Below are positions 17,902 to 26,803 of a stretch of DNA of 64,000 bases, one piece after another. The stretch is from contig QCWB01000001.1 in the NCBI GenBank assembly GCA_013114715.1, positions 6,648-70,647 of the forward strand, written 5' to 3'. Under the pieces are notes generated by a model. It saw nothing but the letters and a program-made list of their open reading frames with translations. It made no database searches and was not told the DNA's origin. Numbering within the stretch: position 1 is the stretch's first letter; each line of letters starts with the position of its first letter. Both the position numbers and the translations under genes were made by a program. Origin of the DNA: Nitrososphaera sp. (GTDB lineage Archaea > Thermoproteota > Nitrososphaeria > Nitrososphaerales > Nitrososphaeraceae).

Positions 17902-18818
17902 CTGACGGCAAGATCTGGCTAAACGGCTCCCTTGTAGAGTACGACGACGCCAAGATACATGTCTTGACGCACGGCCTTCATTACGGCACGGGCGTTTTTG
18001 AGGGAATCCGGTGCTACAAGACTGAAGACGGCAGCGTGATTTTCAGACTGCAGGATCATGTCAAGAGGCTGATCGAAAGCGGCAGAATTTACTTCATGGA
18101 CCTGGGGTTTTCTGCGCGAGAGTTAGAGAGGGCAATAATAGACACGGTGATTGCCAACAAGATGGAGGAATGCTACGTCAGGCCGATAGCCTACTACGGC
18201 TATGGCAAGATGGGCGTCAACCCCATGCCGAACAAAGTTTCGGTGGCAATAGCAGCCTGGAAATGGGACGAGTACATCAAGGGCGCCGAGGAAAAGGGCG
18301 CCAGGCTGATGGTATCTTCCTGGATGCGTCTTGATCCAAGGACCATGCCCATGCACGCCAAGTCAACTGCAAACTATGCCAATTCTGCCCTTGCCAGAGT
18401 CGAGGCAATCAAGGCAGGCTTTGACGAGGCCATAATGCTCAACTCTTCCGGCATGGTAGTAGAAGCAAGCGCCGAGAACGTATTCATAGTCAAAGACGGC
18501 ACGCTCATCACGCCGCCGACTTCATCCGGAGCCTTGGCAGGCATCACCCGTGACAGCATAATAACAATAGCCAAGCAAAACGGGATAAACTTCCTTGAGC
18601 GCAACATATCACGCGACGAGCTGTACATCGCAGATGAGGTGTTTCTTTCTGGCACTGCCGCAGAGGTAAAGCCGGTCGGCGAAATAGACAACAGGACAAT
18701 CGGCCAGGACGGCGGCCGGCCCGGCAAGATGACAAAGCAACTAAAGGCGTTGTTTGAGGCAGTAGTTCACGGCAGAGACCAGAAATTCAAAACATGGCTG
18801 ACTCTGCTAAAAAGCTGA
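17898..18818 (+). CDS. ilvE: Branched-chain amino acid aminotransferase
   Basis: LHYGTGVFEGIRCY, AKSTANY, GITR, ADEVFLSGTAAEV. Confidence 0.96.
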   Translation: MTDGKIWLNGSLVEYDDAKIHVLTHGLHYGTGVFEGIRCYKTEDGSVIFRLQDHVKRLIESGRIYFMDLGFSARELERAIIDTVIANKMEECYVRPIAYYGYGKMGVNPMPNKVSVAIAAWKWDEYIKGAEEKGARLMVSSWMRLDPRTMPMHAKSTANYANSALARVEAIKAGFDEAIMLNSSGMVVEASAENVFIVKDGTLITPPTSSGALAGITRDSIITIAKQNGINFLERNISRDELYIADEVFLSGTAAEVKPVGEIDNRTIGQDGGRPGKMTKQLKALFEAVVHGRDQKFKTWLTLLKS

Positions 18819-19051
18819 GGCAGGTCCCTGACCACAAAATAATGGATTGCAAGATGCACTGGCAGCGCGCCGGCCAGATAGTAGCCAGCGGTTTTCGCAG
18901 CCAGTTTCTTGCCAAAATACATGGCAATCAGGCCTGACGAAAATATTGCGGCGTGAACCGCGCCATGCAGCAAAATGGGATGGTAATTGTACGCCAGGTA
19001 AAACGCGCTTGCAGCACCTGCCCCGATGCCTGCCAGCAAATATCTTATCAT
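18767..19051 (-). CDS. Small membrane protein
   Basis: Three hydrophobic segments; ATGA overlap with the upstream gene. Confidence 0.55.
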   Translation of the reverse strand: MIRYLLAGIGAGAASAFYLAYNYHPILLHGAVHAAIFSSGLIAMYFGKKLAAKTAGYYLAGALPVHLAIHYFVVRDLPQLFSRVSHVLNFWSLP

Positions 19052-19842
19052 TCTATCCTGCCGCCCAACTCTGATATTTTTTTCAGAATTATTTTTGATA
19101 TCCGCTCAAGCCGCTTTCCAACTGAAACTGCATCGTCGCCTCTGCAGATAATCTGCACGCGTATCCGAGGCGTCGTTTTCTTGTATCCGCGTGGATGAGT
19201 TTTCAAGTAAACCGCGTGCCTGGGGTTTGACCGAACTATTCTTACCAGCGTCGTGGCCAGCATGGCCTCCGATACGCCCGTGACGTTATAGTTTACCTCC
19301 TTTGCGGCATACTTGCCGACTCCGTCTTTTACCAGCGGCAGGATATGCTTTTTGAATACCAACTTCATCTCTGCCGGGACTCCTGGCAGGCAGAATATCT
19401 TGCCCATCATGACTGACGGCGCGCTTCCCACCGGGTTTTCAATCGGAGTCGAGCCTTCCGGGATTGTTGCCATTTTCAGCCGGACCTTATTTATCTTGTA
19501 GTTCAGATGCCGCCGCGCGTAGCTCCTCTTTAGCATCTCGGCTGCAGTCTTGTTGATCGAAACTTTTCTGCCAAGCGCCATTGCAACTCCTTCCAGGGTC
19601 AAGTCGTCGTATGTGGCGCCAAGGCCGCCGGTAGTTATCAAAATGTCCGGGTTTCTGCCAAGCGCTTCTTGGACCGCGGCGGATATAGCATCAAGATCGT
19701 CTCTGACTACTGTAGTCCTGCTCACGATGCCGCCGGCTTTGGCTATCTGGCCAGCAAGCCAGTGCGCATTGGTGTTTACCGTGATTCCAGATAGCAGTTC
19801 ATTTCCTACGCAGAGAAGCTCGACAACAAAAACAGACGCCAT
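19048..19842 (-). CDS. CinA-like / molybdopterin-binding domain protein
   Basis: VGNELLSG..VNTN, TGGLG.T.DDLT, NPVGSAP, LPGVPAEM. Confidence 0.9.
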   Translation of the reverse strand: MASVFVVELLCVGNELLSGITVNTNAHWLAGQIAKAGGIVSRTTVVRDDLDAISAAVQEALGRNPDILITTGGLGATYDDLTLEGVAMALGRKVSINKTAAEMLKRSYARRHLNYKINKVRLKMATIPEGSTPIENPVGSAPSVMMGKIFCLPGVPAEMKLVFKKHILPLVKDGVGKYAAKEVNYNVTGVSEAMLATTLVRIVRSNPRHAVYLKTHPRGYKKTTPRIRVQIICRGDDAVSVGKRLERISKIILKKISELGGRIE

Positions 19843-19845
19843 TTT

Positions 19846-20508
19846 CTATGCCTGAAAAATCCTGCTTAGCATGATGAGCTCCGGGCCGCTTGTCAGGCTG
19901 CCGACCACAACGTTTGCCGTGTTTGCAACGATGCCTGATGAGAGGAACGGGATTCCGCCGTTGATTGTCAGGGCGTCCGCCTGGACCTGCAGAGCCTCCG
20001 AAACAGCCTTGATCTCGTCTTCAGTTGCCTTGGGATGGACGCCGGCCCCGGAATTGGTTGCGACAACCATAGAGCCTGTCTGGACAAATCCTGCCACGGA
20101 CATCTGCTGGGCCGGGACTCCAAGCACGTCTCCGATCTGCTTTTCAGTCCCTTCAAGCAGCGGCGAAACAAGCGCGCCGTTGTCGTTGGCCGCGATAAGG
20201 TTGCCAATCGCCGTGAACTTTGTCTTTAGCCGCTCGACGTTGAGATGCGTAGCTTCTCTTAGAAACTGGATCTCTTCGTCAGAGGCTATCGGCGGCAAGA
20301 GTATGCCGTTGTTGTTCATTACAGTCATTGGCCCCAAAAGACGCGTGCCTGCAACAGAGGCGTACACTTCTTTTGCCTGGAGGTACTCTGCCAGCTTTTC
20401 GCTCTTGGTATCGGCAAAGCCGTGAGGCAGCAAGACAAACTTGTCATTTGCCCGGATAAATATCCCGATGTTGGGGCTCTTGTAAACGGTAAACCGGTAA
20501 ATCGCCAC
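19846..20508 (-). CDS. eif6: Translation initiation factor 6 (aIF6)
   Basis: SPNIGIF, AIGNLIAANDNGAL, TINGG.PF..SG, T(S)GPEL repeats; GTG start 20508. Confidence 0.93.
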   Translation of the reverse strand: MAIYRFTVYKSPNIGIFIRANDKFVLLPHGFADTKSEKLAEYLQAKEVYASVAGTRLLGPMTVMNNNGILLPPIASDEEIQFLREATHLNVERLKTKFTAIGNLIAANDNGALVSPLLEGTEKQIGDVLGVPAQQMSVAGFVQTGSMVVATNSGAGVHPKATEDEIKAVSEALQVQADALTINGGIPFLSSGIVANTANVVVGSLTSGPELIMLSRIFQA

Positions 20509-20543
20509 GTACAGGCTCTGGTTGAAAGCCAATTAATATGAAC

Positions 20544-21188
20544 CTATTGAGATTTTTTTCGCAAGAGCTTGAATGCATGATCGCCGGTCCCGGTCCTAAA
20601 GTAGTAGGATATCCAGATCATTGCAAGCGGCTCTAGCAATCGTGATGCTTCAATGCCGCCTAAGTCGATGCTCTCCCAGCCAAAGGAAGTCAATATTCCT
20701 GCAACTGCTTTTTTGGCCTCCTCATAGTTTCCGCAATAAAACATGGTAGGGGTGCCGCCTGGAAAATCTGGATGCACCATGTGCGGGTTTCCAACCGTGT
20801 TAAAGGCCTTGACTATCTTGGCGTCTGGCAGCAACCTCTGGATTGTTTCGCCTGCAGAATCTGTGTGGCCTATTGCAAGAGTCGGCGGCATGCTGGAAAA
20901 GTCAAGCGGGTTGGTGGTGTCAATCACCGTCTTGCCGGCAAAATTCTTTGGGTCAGCCATGCTTATCGCGTTCTTGGTTCCTGCCCACATAGTCGAGATT
21001 ACCACGATATCTCCAAAGGCCGCCGCGTCTGAAAAACTGCCCACAGAAGCCCTGCTTCCATGCTTTGCAGCCCAGTCGGACAATTTTTGCACATCGCGCG
21101 TGCCTATCTTGACTTCATGCCCTGCCTCGATAAAGCCGTCTCCAAGCTTTTTTCCAACGTCGCCAGATCCAAGAATGCCTATCTTCAT
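20544..21188 (-). CDS. NADPH-dependent F420 reductase-like oxidoreductase
   Basis: GILGSGDVG, VIDTTNPL, VKAFNT, DLGGIEASRLLEP. Confidence 0.88.
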   Translation of the reverse strand: MKIGILGSGDVGKKLGDGFIEAGHEVKIGTRDVQKLSDWAAKHGSRASVGSFSDAAAFGDIVVISTMWAGTKNAISMADPKNFAGKTVIDTTNPLDFSSMPPTLAIGHTDSAGETIQRLLPDAKIVKAFNTVGNPHMVHPDFPGGTPTMFYCGNYEEAKKAVAGILTSFGWESIDLGGIEASRLLEPLAMIWISYYFRTGTGDHAFKLLRKKSQ

Positions 21189-21223
21189 GCCATGAATACG
21201 ATTTTTCAGTACTTAAGTCTAGA

Positions 21224-21466
21224 CTAGGACAGCCCCTTGTTCCTGTTTGCAAGCTGCTTCATTACATAGTCGTTGACCTTGTTCTGCATCTGCGGATCGT
21301 CTTCGATCATTGATTTTAGTCGCGGGTCGCTGTACTGGACTTCAATGTACTCCACGGTCTTGCTGTCCTGGTAGTATTTGTATTTAAAGACAGCTTTGGC
21401 TGGCTTGCCGTCTAGCTGAAAGTCTAGGGCAACCTGGCCGTAAACAAACGATGCTGGCATAAGCAA
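21224..21466 (-). CDS. Hypothetical protein
   Basis: 80-aa ORF with coding-like composition in otherwise empty space. Confidence 0.6.
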   Translation of the reverse strand: MLMPASFVYGQVALDFQLDGKPAKAVFKYKYYQDSKTVEYIEVQYSDPRLKSMIEDDPQMQNKVNDYVMKQLANRNKGLS

Positions 21467-21735
21467 ATAACAGAATGGATCTAAATTATTACTTTTTCAA
21501 TTAAGCCCGAGTCCGGAACTCTGATATCTGAGCCCTAGGCAGTACTCACAGTTACAATTTTCCCTGCTGGTTTGGCGTCAGCACAGGCCTACCTTTACAA
21601 GCAGGACTTGTTTCCGCTGGTGTATTGCAGCGTACCTGGCATGGTAAAACAAGTATTCAACCTGTAGGACGTGAAAAATTCATCCATGCTGCGCTGCAGC
21701 CGGCTATCAAAAATGATACCTAGTTTATATATGTG

Positions 21736-21748
21736 TTTCCAGTGGAAA
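21736..21748. promoter_or_regulatory. ORB-core palindrome (Orc1/Cdc6 binding site) between the TATA box and the cdc6 start
   Basis: TTTCCA-G-TGGAAA; TTTATATA at 21724-21731; in-frame TTG at 21757. Confidence 0.7.
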
Positions 21749-21756
21749 TAGTATCT

Positions 21757-23120
21757 TTGGATAAGAAAGCTCTTGAGCGAATAGCCATTGAATTAGATAC
21801 TGAAAATTCGCTCTTTGCTGACAAGTCCTATCTGGATAATCTCAACCTTGTTTCAAACGTCATAATTGGGCGCGAAGACAAGGCCAAAGAACTTGCCAGG
21901 TTCTTGATGGGATACAAGAAAGGCCATGCCGTACCGTTCATCTCTGTCTATGGAAGAAGCGGCTCGGGCAAATCTACCGTGGTCAAATTCGTATGTACAA
22001 ACCTTGATGAGATGCTGCTTTATAGATTTGTTAATCTGAGAAAAGCCAAGACTGTCTTTGGCTGTGCCAATTTGATTCTGACAGAGCTTGGAGAACCTAA
22101 CCTAAAGAGCGCACAGGGAATTAACTTGGCAATAGAAAAGATCGGCCAAGCTATGGAATCGGCTTTGAAAAAGGAAGGCAGGAAGCTTTTTGTTCTGGTT
22201 TTGGACGAATTTGATGTCCTTTTTTATGACAAGCGTGGAAAGCCATCAGACTTTATTTACAAGCTATTGGTGATGGAAGAAAAATTGCGGGAGAAAGGGT
22301 GCCTTGTAAGCATAATTGCAATATCCAACAATGTAATGGCTGACTATGATGTTGACGATAGGGTAAAGTCCAGAACAGGATCGTCAGAAGTGTTCTTTGA
22401 CGCCTACACAAAGCAGGATATCTCCGCAATATTAAGAGACAGGGCTGCTAGAGCATTTACAGAACCTGTAGATCCTTCTGTACTTGATTATTGCGCAAAT
22501 TTGAGTTCACTTGTACATGGCGATGCTCGACGCGCCATCGACCTGTTAAGGGTGGCCGGAGAAATCGCCGGCTCAAAAGCAGAAAAGCTTGCTGCCAAAC
22601 ACGTGGCTTGGCAGTGGAACAGCTGCAAAAAGACAGGGCAAATCTTGTGCTGTCAACTGCATCTTATCATCTAAAACTTGCCTACACTGCTCTTGCACGG
22701 ATTACATACCTGATAGACGAGCCCTGGCATTCAACCTCTACGATTTACGATCAGTACTGCAAGATTATCGCAAAAAACGTAAAACCGTTGACGTACCGAC
22801 GGATTTCTGAATTGCTAACCGAATTGGAAAATACAGGTCTGACAGTTTCGCATACTGCTTCAAAAGGAAGGCAAGGTTATGGAACACAATACAAGCTTAC
22901 ATTGTCGCCTGAAATAGTAGGCAATGCATGTTTTCCGGATTTCTGGAAAAAATTGGAAGAAAGTAAAAAACAACACGAGCTAAACATAGAATACGAGAGT
23001 AGCCTTGACTTGCTTAGACCAAGATCAGGCAGCTCTTTTTTCAAATCCACTGACCGACTAGTGAAATCCTTAAGACGACAAGCTGATGATGAATGGAAAG
23101 ATTTTGTGGACATTGATTGA
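21757..23120 (+). pseudogene. cdc6: Cdc6/Orc1 replication initiator, frameshifted at ~22606
   Basis: Walker A YGRSGSGKST, Walker B LVLDEFD and GDARRAIDLLR in ORF 21733-22674; winged-helix ..YRRISELLTELE..G in ORF 22491-23120. One base appears missing at GTG-GC-TTG. Could be a sequencing error. Confidence 0.85.
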
Positions 23121-23469
23121 TCCTGCGATTTCAGGCATCATCTTTGAATAACCTCTTTTTCATAACAAATGAAAGTCGTTCAGATAGCTTGAAAATATGA
23201 CATCTAATTTTGAATCCATAGCCTAACCATATGTGAACGTTCAAGCACAGGTCGTATCAGGCATTAACGTGTGACACTTTCAATTATGAAAATATCAAGC
23301 GATCCAACACGGTTACAAGATTGAGAGAAATATCCCCATGAGCCTAACTTTGACAGCTCAACATAGATATAGAAAACAAGGAAATGGGCGATAACACGGT
23401 CGTTTCATTCAGAACTAGGTAATCTGGTGGTTAGTTAATTAGGCCGTATCAACAAATAATTATAATATA

Positions 23470-23607
23470 ATGGATCATGCACTATGTCCTTCTTGTGCTT
23501 TCGAGTTTGTATTGGATCCTTTAAACCAGTTTGACGATGAAACGTACGAATGTCCGAATTGCTATCATTTGAGCAATGTTAAAGAGCTGTTCATTTTCGA
23601 ACGTTAA
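23470..23607 (+). CDS. Small zinc-ribbon microprotein (45 aa, absent from ORF track)
   Basis: MDHALCPSCAFEFVLDPLNQFDDETYECPNCYHLSNVKELFIFER*; two CPxC motifs. Confidence 0.6.
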   Translation: MDHALCPSCAFEFVLDPLNQFDDETYECPNCYHLSNVKELFIFER

Positions 23608-23702
23608 CGTGCCATTCAACCAGCGACCTCTTTCTAGCCATCTTTACTTATCTGGACTTTTGCAAGAAATCCGACTTTAGAAAACACTTCATCTCCCAGT
23701 AT

Positions 23703-23888
23703 TTGGTCAGGAGTAGAGATAGAGATCTTGAAGTTCTAGTATACTTTTTAATGTGCTACAAGGCACTCGTCAGAACAAAGGTTTCGCTCTTTCGCGCAAA
23801 AACTCTTGAAAAAGATGAAGCGCCTATCCATGTTAAAGAAGGCGCATCATACTTGAAATTGGCTGAATCTTATCTAGAATTGTTCTGA
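23703..23888 (+). CDS. Hypothetical protein or remnant
   Basis: 61-aa ORF, no motif recognised. Confidence 0.25.
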   Translation: MVRSRDRDLEVLVYFLMCYKALVRTKVSLFRAKTLEKDEAPIHVKEGASYLKLAESYLELF

Positions 23889-24029
23889 GTGCATTTTAAC
23901 AATGTCGTCCACGATACGCTTGAGAGTAAAGATGCTCTTTTAGTTATTTCAAAGTCATTTAGACTCGTTTTGTATTTATACTTTTAAAACCGTTCAATCC
24001 TTATCAAGTCTCTTGCGATTATTAGACAT

Positions 24030-24395
24030 ATGAAAGAAATCGACATAATAATTCCACAACCATATCTGGATGCAGTAAATAAGGTACTTCAGAAACATAA
24101 GGTTGGCGGAATGTACTATTATGAAATATCTGGAAGAGGACGAGGGGAACGAAAAGAAGTAGAAAAACTAGTAGCTCCAGATAGTTACATGACCGGAAAA
24201 AGATACATCCCAGAATTTCATAGCCTTATGAAAGTGCAGGTAATAGTTTCCGATACTCTTGAAAAAACACTCGTTGAGGAAATAATGAATTCCGTTAGCA
24301 CTGGATCTGCTGGAGATGGTAAGGTCTTTGTAAAAGACGTTACCAATGCTTACGATATTGGAACCAAAACAAGCGGAGAAAAAGCCGCGTTGTAA
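24030..24395 (+). CDS. P-II family nitrogen regulator
   Basis: MKEIDIII, GRG, TGSAGDGKVFV, YDIGT..GE.A. Confidence 0.92.
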   Translation: MKEIDIIIPQPYLDAVNKVLQKHKVGGMYYYEISGRGRGERKEVEKLVAPDSYMTGKRYIPEFHSLMKVQVIVSDTLEKTLVEEIMNSVSTGSAGDGKVFVKDVTNAYDIGTKTSGEKAAL

Positions 24396-24750
24396 TTTAG
24401 TCGATGTCTACAAATTTATTTCAAGACAAATTCTTACAGGTATGTTTGTAATAATTACAAAGGAAATAGATGATTCATGCCATTTATTTGAAGACTAGGT
24501 ATAATTCCTCAAGACCAATCTCCGCTTTTCATGCCGCAAATCAGTAGCTTCTCCCAACGTACTTGTGATATTTTCTGGTTGAGGCGCAACCGCCAATTGG
24601 AGATCAAGCTTTCGCGGATCGCTGATCAGAATACAATAAATTTCCGTCGTAACCCTGAAAATAGCTCTTCAAAACTAAATAGAGGAGTCGTTGCAGTGCC
24701 ATGCAATGAAATCCCACCAGTAAAATACGATGATGATACATTTCCTCGTT

Positions 24751-25836
24751 ATGAGGACCACTGTATCAGCGATTAAAGCGGATATTGGGGGAATCGGTGG
24801 ACATACCAGACCAAGCGAGGAGATCCTCCATATCGTTGCAGAATATGTCAAGTCAAAAGAATTACTAATCGATTTCTACGTCGGTTACACTGGTGACGAC
24901 ATACATATTATAATGACCCACACGCACGGCGTGGACAACGAAAAGATCCACAAGCTCGCATGGGATGCTTTTACTGGAGGAACGAAATTGGCAAAGGAAC
25001 AGGGTTTGTATGGTGCTGGCCAAGATCTCTTGAAAGATGCATTTTCTGGTAACGTTCGGGGCATGGGTCCGGGAGTCGCAGAGATAGAGATGGAAGAACG
25101 TCCAAGTGAAGTATTCTGTGTGATTGCTGCTGACAAGACTGAACCAGGAGCATTCAATCTGCCTTTTTGGAAGATTTTCGTCGATGCAAGAACAAACACC
25201 GGTCTTATAATAAATGAAAAGCTTGCAGAAGGTGTCATAATGAGAATTATGGATGTTATGAGCGGAAAAGTTGCGAATTTGAAACTCTGGGAGGATAAGC
25301 CAGAACTGGAAGCCGCTTTAATGTATCCAGGGCGATATGTCGTCCATTCCATACTTTCTTCAGATGGTAGGGAACAGATGGCGTCGTCATCCACAGACAG
25401 GCTCCACAACATTGCAGGCACATATGTGGGGAAAGACGACCCAATTGCCATAGTCCGGACCCAGAAACAATTCCCTGCAACTGAAGAGGTCGGCAGCGCA
25501 TTCGCCGATCCACATTATGTTGCAGGTGATACTAGAGGAAGTCATCACATGCCTCTAATGCCTGCGAAGTTGAACTCTCCTGCCAGTATAAATTATGCCT
25601 TACCAATGGTTTCGTGTCTTGTCTTCAGCATGCACAATGGCAAATTGACAGGACCGCATGATGGTTTTGGCACCGCGGACTGGGATTACCAAAGGATGCT
25701 TGCCGCAGAACGCGCCATGATAATGCGTCATCAAGGATTCATACATCCTGCCACACTAATACCTGAAGAATTAGAATACAACAAGGGTTACCAAGCAAGG
25801 ATGTCCAAACTGAGTGAAAAATTCAAAGATCTGTAG
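24751..25836 (+). CDS. fbp: Bifunctional fructose-1,6-bisphosphate aldolase/phosphatase
   Basis: KADIGGIGGH, GDD, GLYGAGQDLLKDAFSGNVRGMGPG, DKTEPGAFN, YVGKDDP. Confidence 0.96.
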   Translation: MRTTVSAIKADIGGIGGHTRPSEEILHIVAEYVKSKELLIDFYVGYTGDDIHIIMTHTHGVDNEKIHKLAWDAFTGGTKLAKEQGLYGAGQDLLKDAFSGNVRGMGPGVAEIEMEERPSEVFCVIAADKTEPGAFNLPFWKIFVDARTNTGLIINEKLAEGVIMRIMDVMSGKVANLKLWEDKPELEAALMYPGRYVVHSILSSDGREQMASSSTDRLHNIAGTYVGKDDPIAIVRTQKQFPATEEVGSAFADPHYVAGDTRGSHHMPLMPAKLNSPASINYALPMVSCLVFSMHNGKLTGPHDGFGTADWDYQRMLAAERAMIMRHQGFIHPATLIPEELEYNKGYQARMSKLSEKFKDL

Positions 25837-25893
25837 TTTTTTCTGAAAACATGTACCGCATATGAAGCTGCAAAGAAGACGAAAGACAAGAAG

Positions 25894-26250
25894 ATGGGCT
25901 CTCCTCTTGTTGTAATGGATAAGAATAACTCGAAACCTTCTGGTATAATAACAGAACGTGATCTGGCAAGGCACGTTTGTGCAGAAGGTATCAATAGTAG
26001 GGATGTCTTGGTCGAAAAAGTCATGTCTGCACCGATTGTAACTATAGACCCAGATTCTCCTATTGAAGTTGCAGCGGATAATATGCTTCACAATAAAGTA
26101 AGACATCTGGTCATCACCGATACGGAGGGAAAAGCTCTTGGTATTGTAACGCCGACAGACTTTAGCAAAGCATTGAAGGGAAATATAGACAGAGACGAAG
26201 TGAATGCAATAATCCTAAGAGCAATTCAGGAAGATGAAGGCTATGCCTAA
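25894..26250 (+). CDS. CBS domain protein, N-terminally truncated
   Basis: GIITERD, VMSAPIVTI, VRHLV, GIVT; CBS-like TAYEAAKK continues upstream with no start codon. Confidence 0.75.
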   Translation: MGSPLVVMDKNNSKPSGIITERDLARHVCAEGINSRDVLVEKVMSAPIVTIDPDSPIEVAADNMLHNKVRHLVITDTEGKALGIVTPTDFSKALKGNIDRDEVNAIILRAIQEDEGYA

Positions 26251-26435
26251 AGCCAAGTGCAAATGTGATTCTTAGGCGGTAATGAAGAGAATTTTGTCCT
26301 GAAAGTTGTCCACGGAATGATCGATCTCGGAACAGGTTTACGACTAAGCAAACTACTCTTAGTTATTTTCGAGAATCTATCTTTGATAAAACCATTGGTT
26401 TATTATGCATCAGATATGGTGATGGTTTTGATAGT

Positions 26436-26651
26436 TTGAATCGAACTATTATAGGATTGAAAGTGACTATGGAATATGATGTCAATACTAGCAAGATCTT
26501 TGACAAACAGACAGGTAGTGAGTGGAATTTTGATGGATTGGCTATTAGCGGAGGAATGAAAGGAGAGCAGCTAACCAGGATTCCTTTTGATGAGGGCTTT
26601 TGGTTTGAATGGGTAGCATTTCATCCTGAGACCAAATTATATGCAAATTGA
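26436..26651 (+). pseudogene. C-terminal remnant of a DUF3179-like protein
   Basis: DKQTGSEW.FDG.A..G.M.G..L...P....FWFEW.AFHPET; N-terminal part absent. Confidence 0.65.
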
Positions 26652-26803
26652 ACAAACATGAACAAGTGGGAAATAATCTAGAATTATAAGACAGGTGCTG
26701 ATAATATGATGAGATTCACCATCATTTTTTCTTCTTGACTTTCACCGCCCAACCGAATTATCAGAACCGCCGCACTTATTAGCCCAAAGCGCGCACATTC
26801 TGC

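Noticed and set aside
21606-21654. Three-way junction with GAAAC as a hammerhead ribozyme
   Set aside because: No CUGANGA core on either strand
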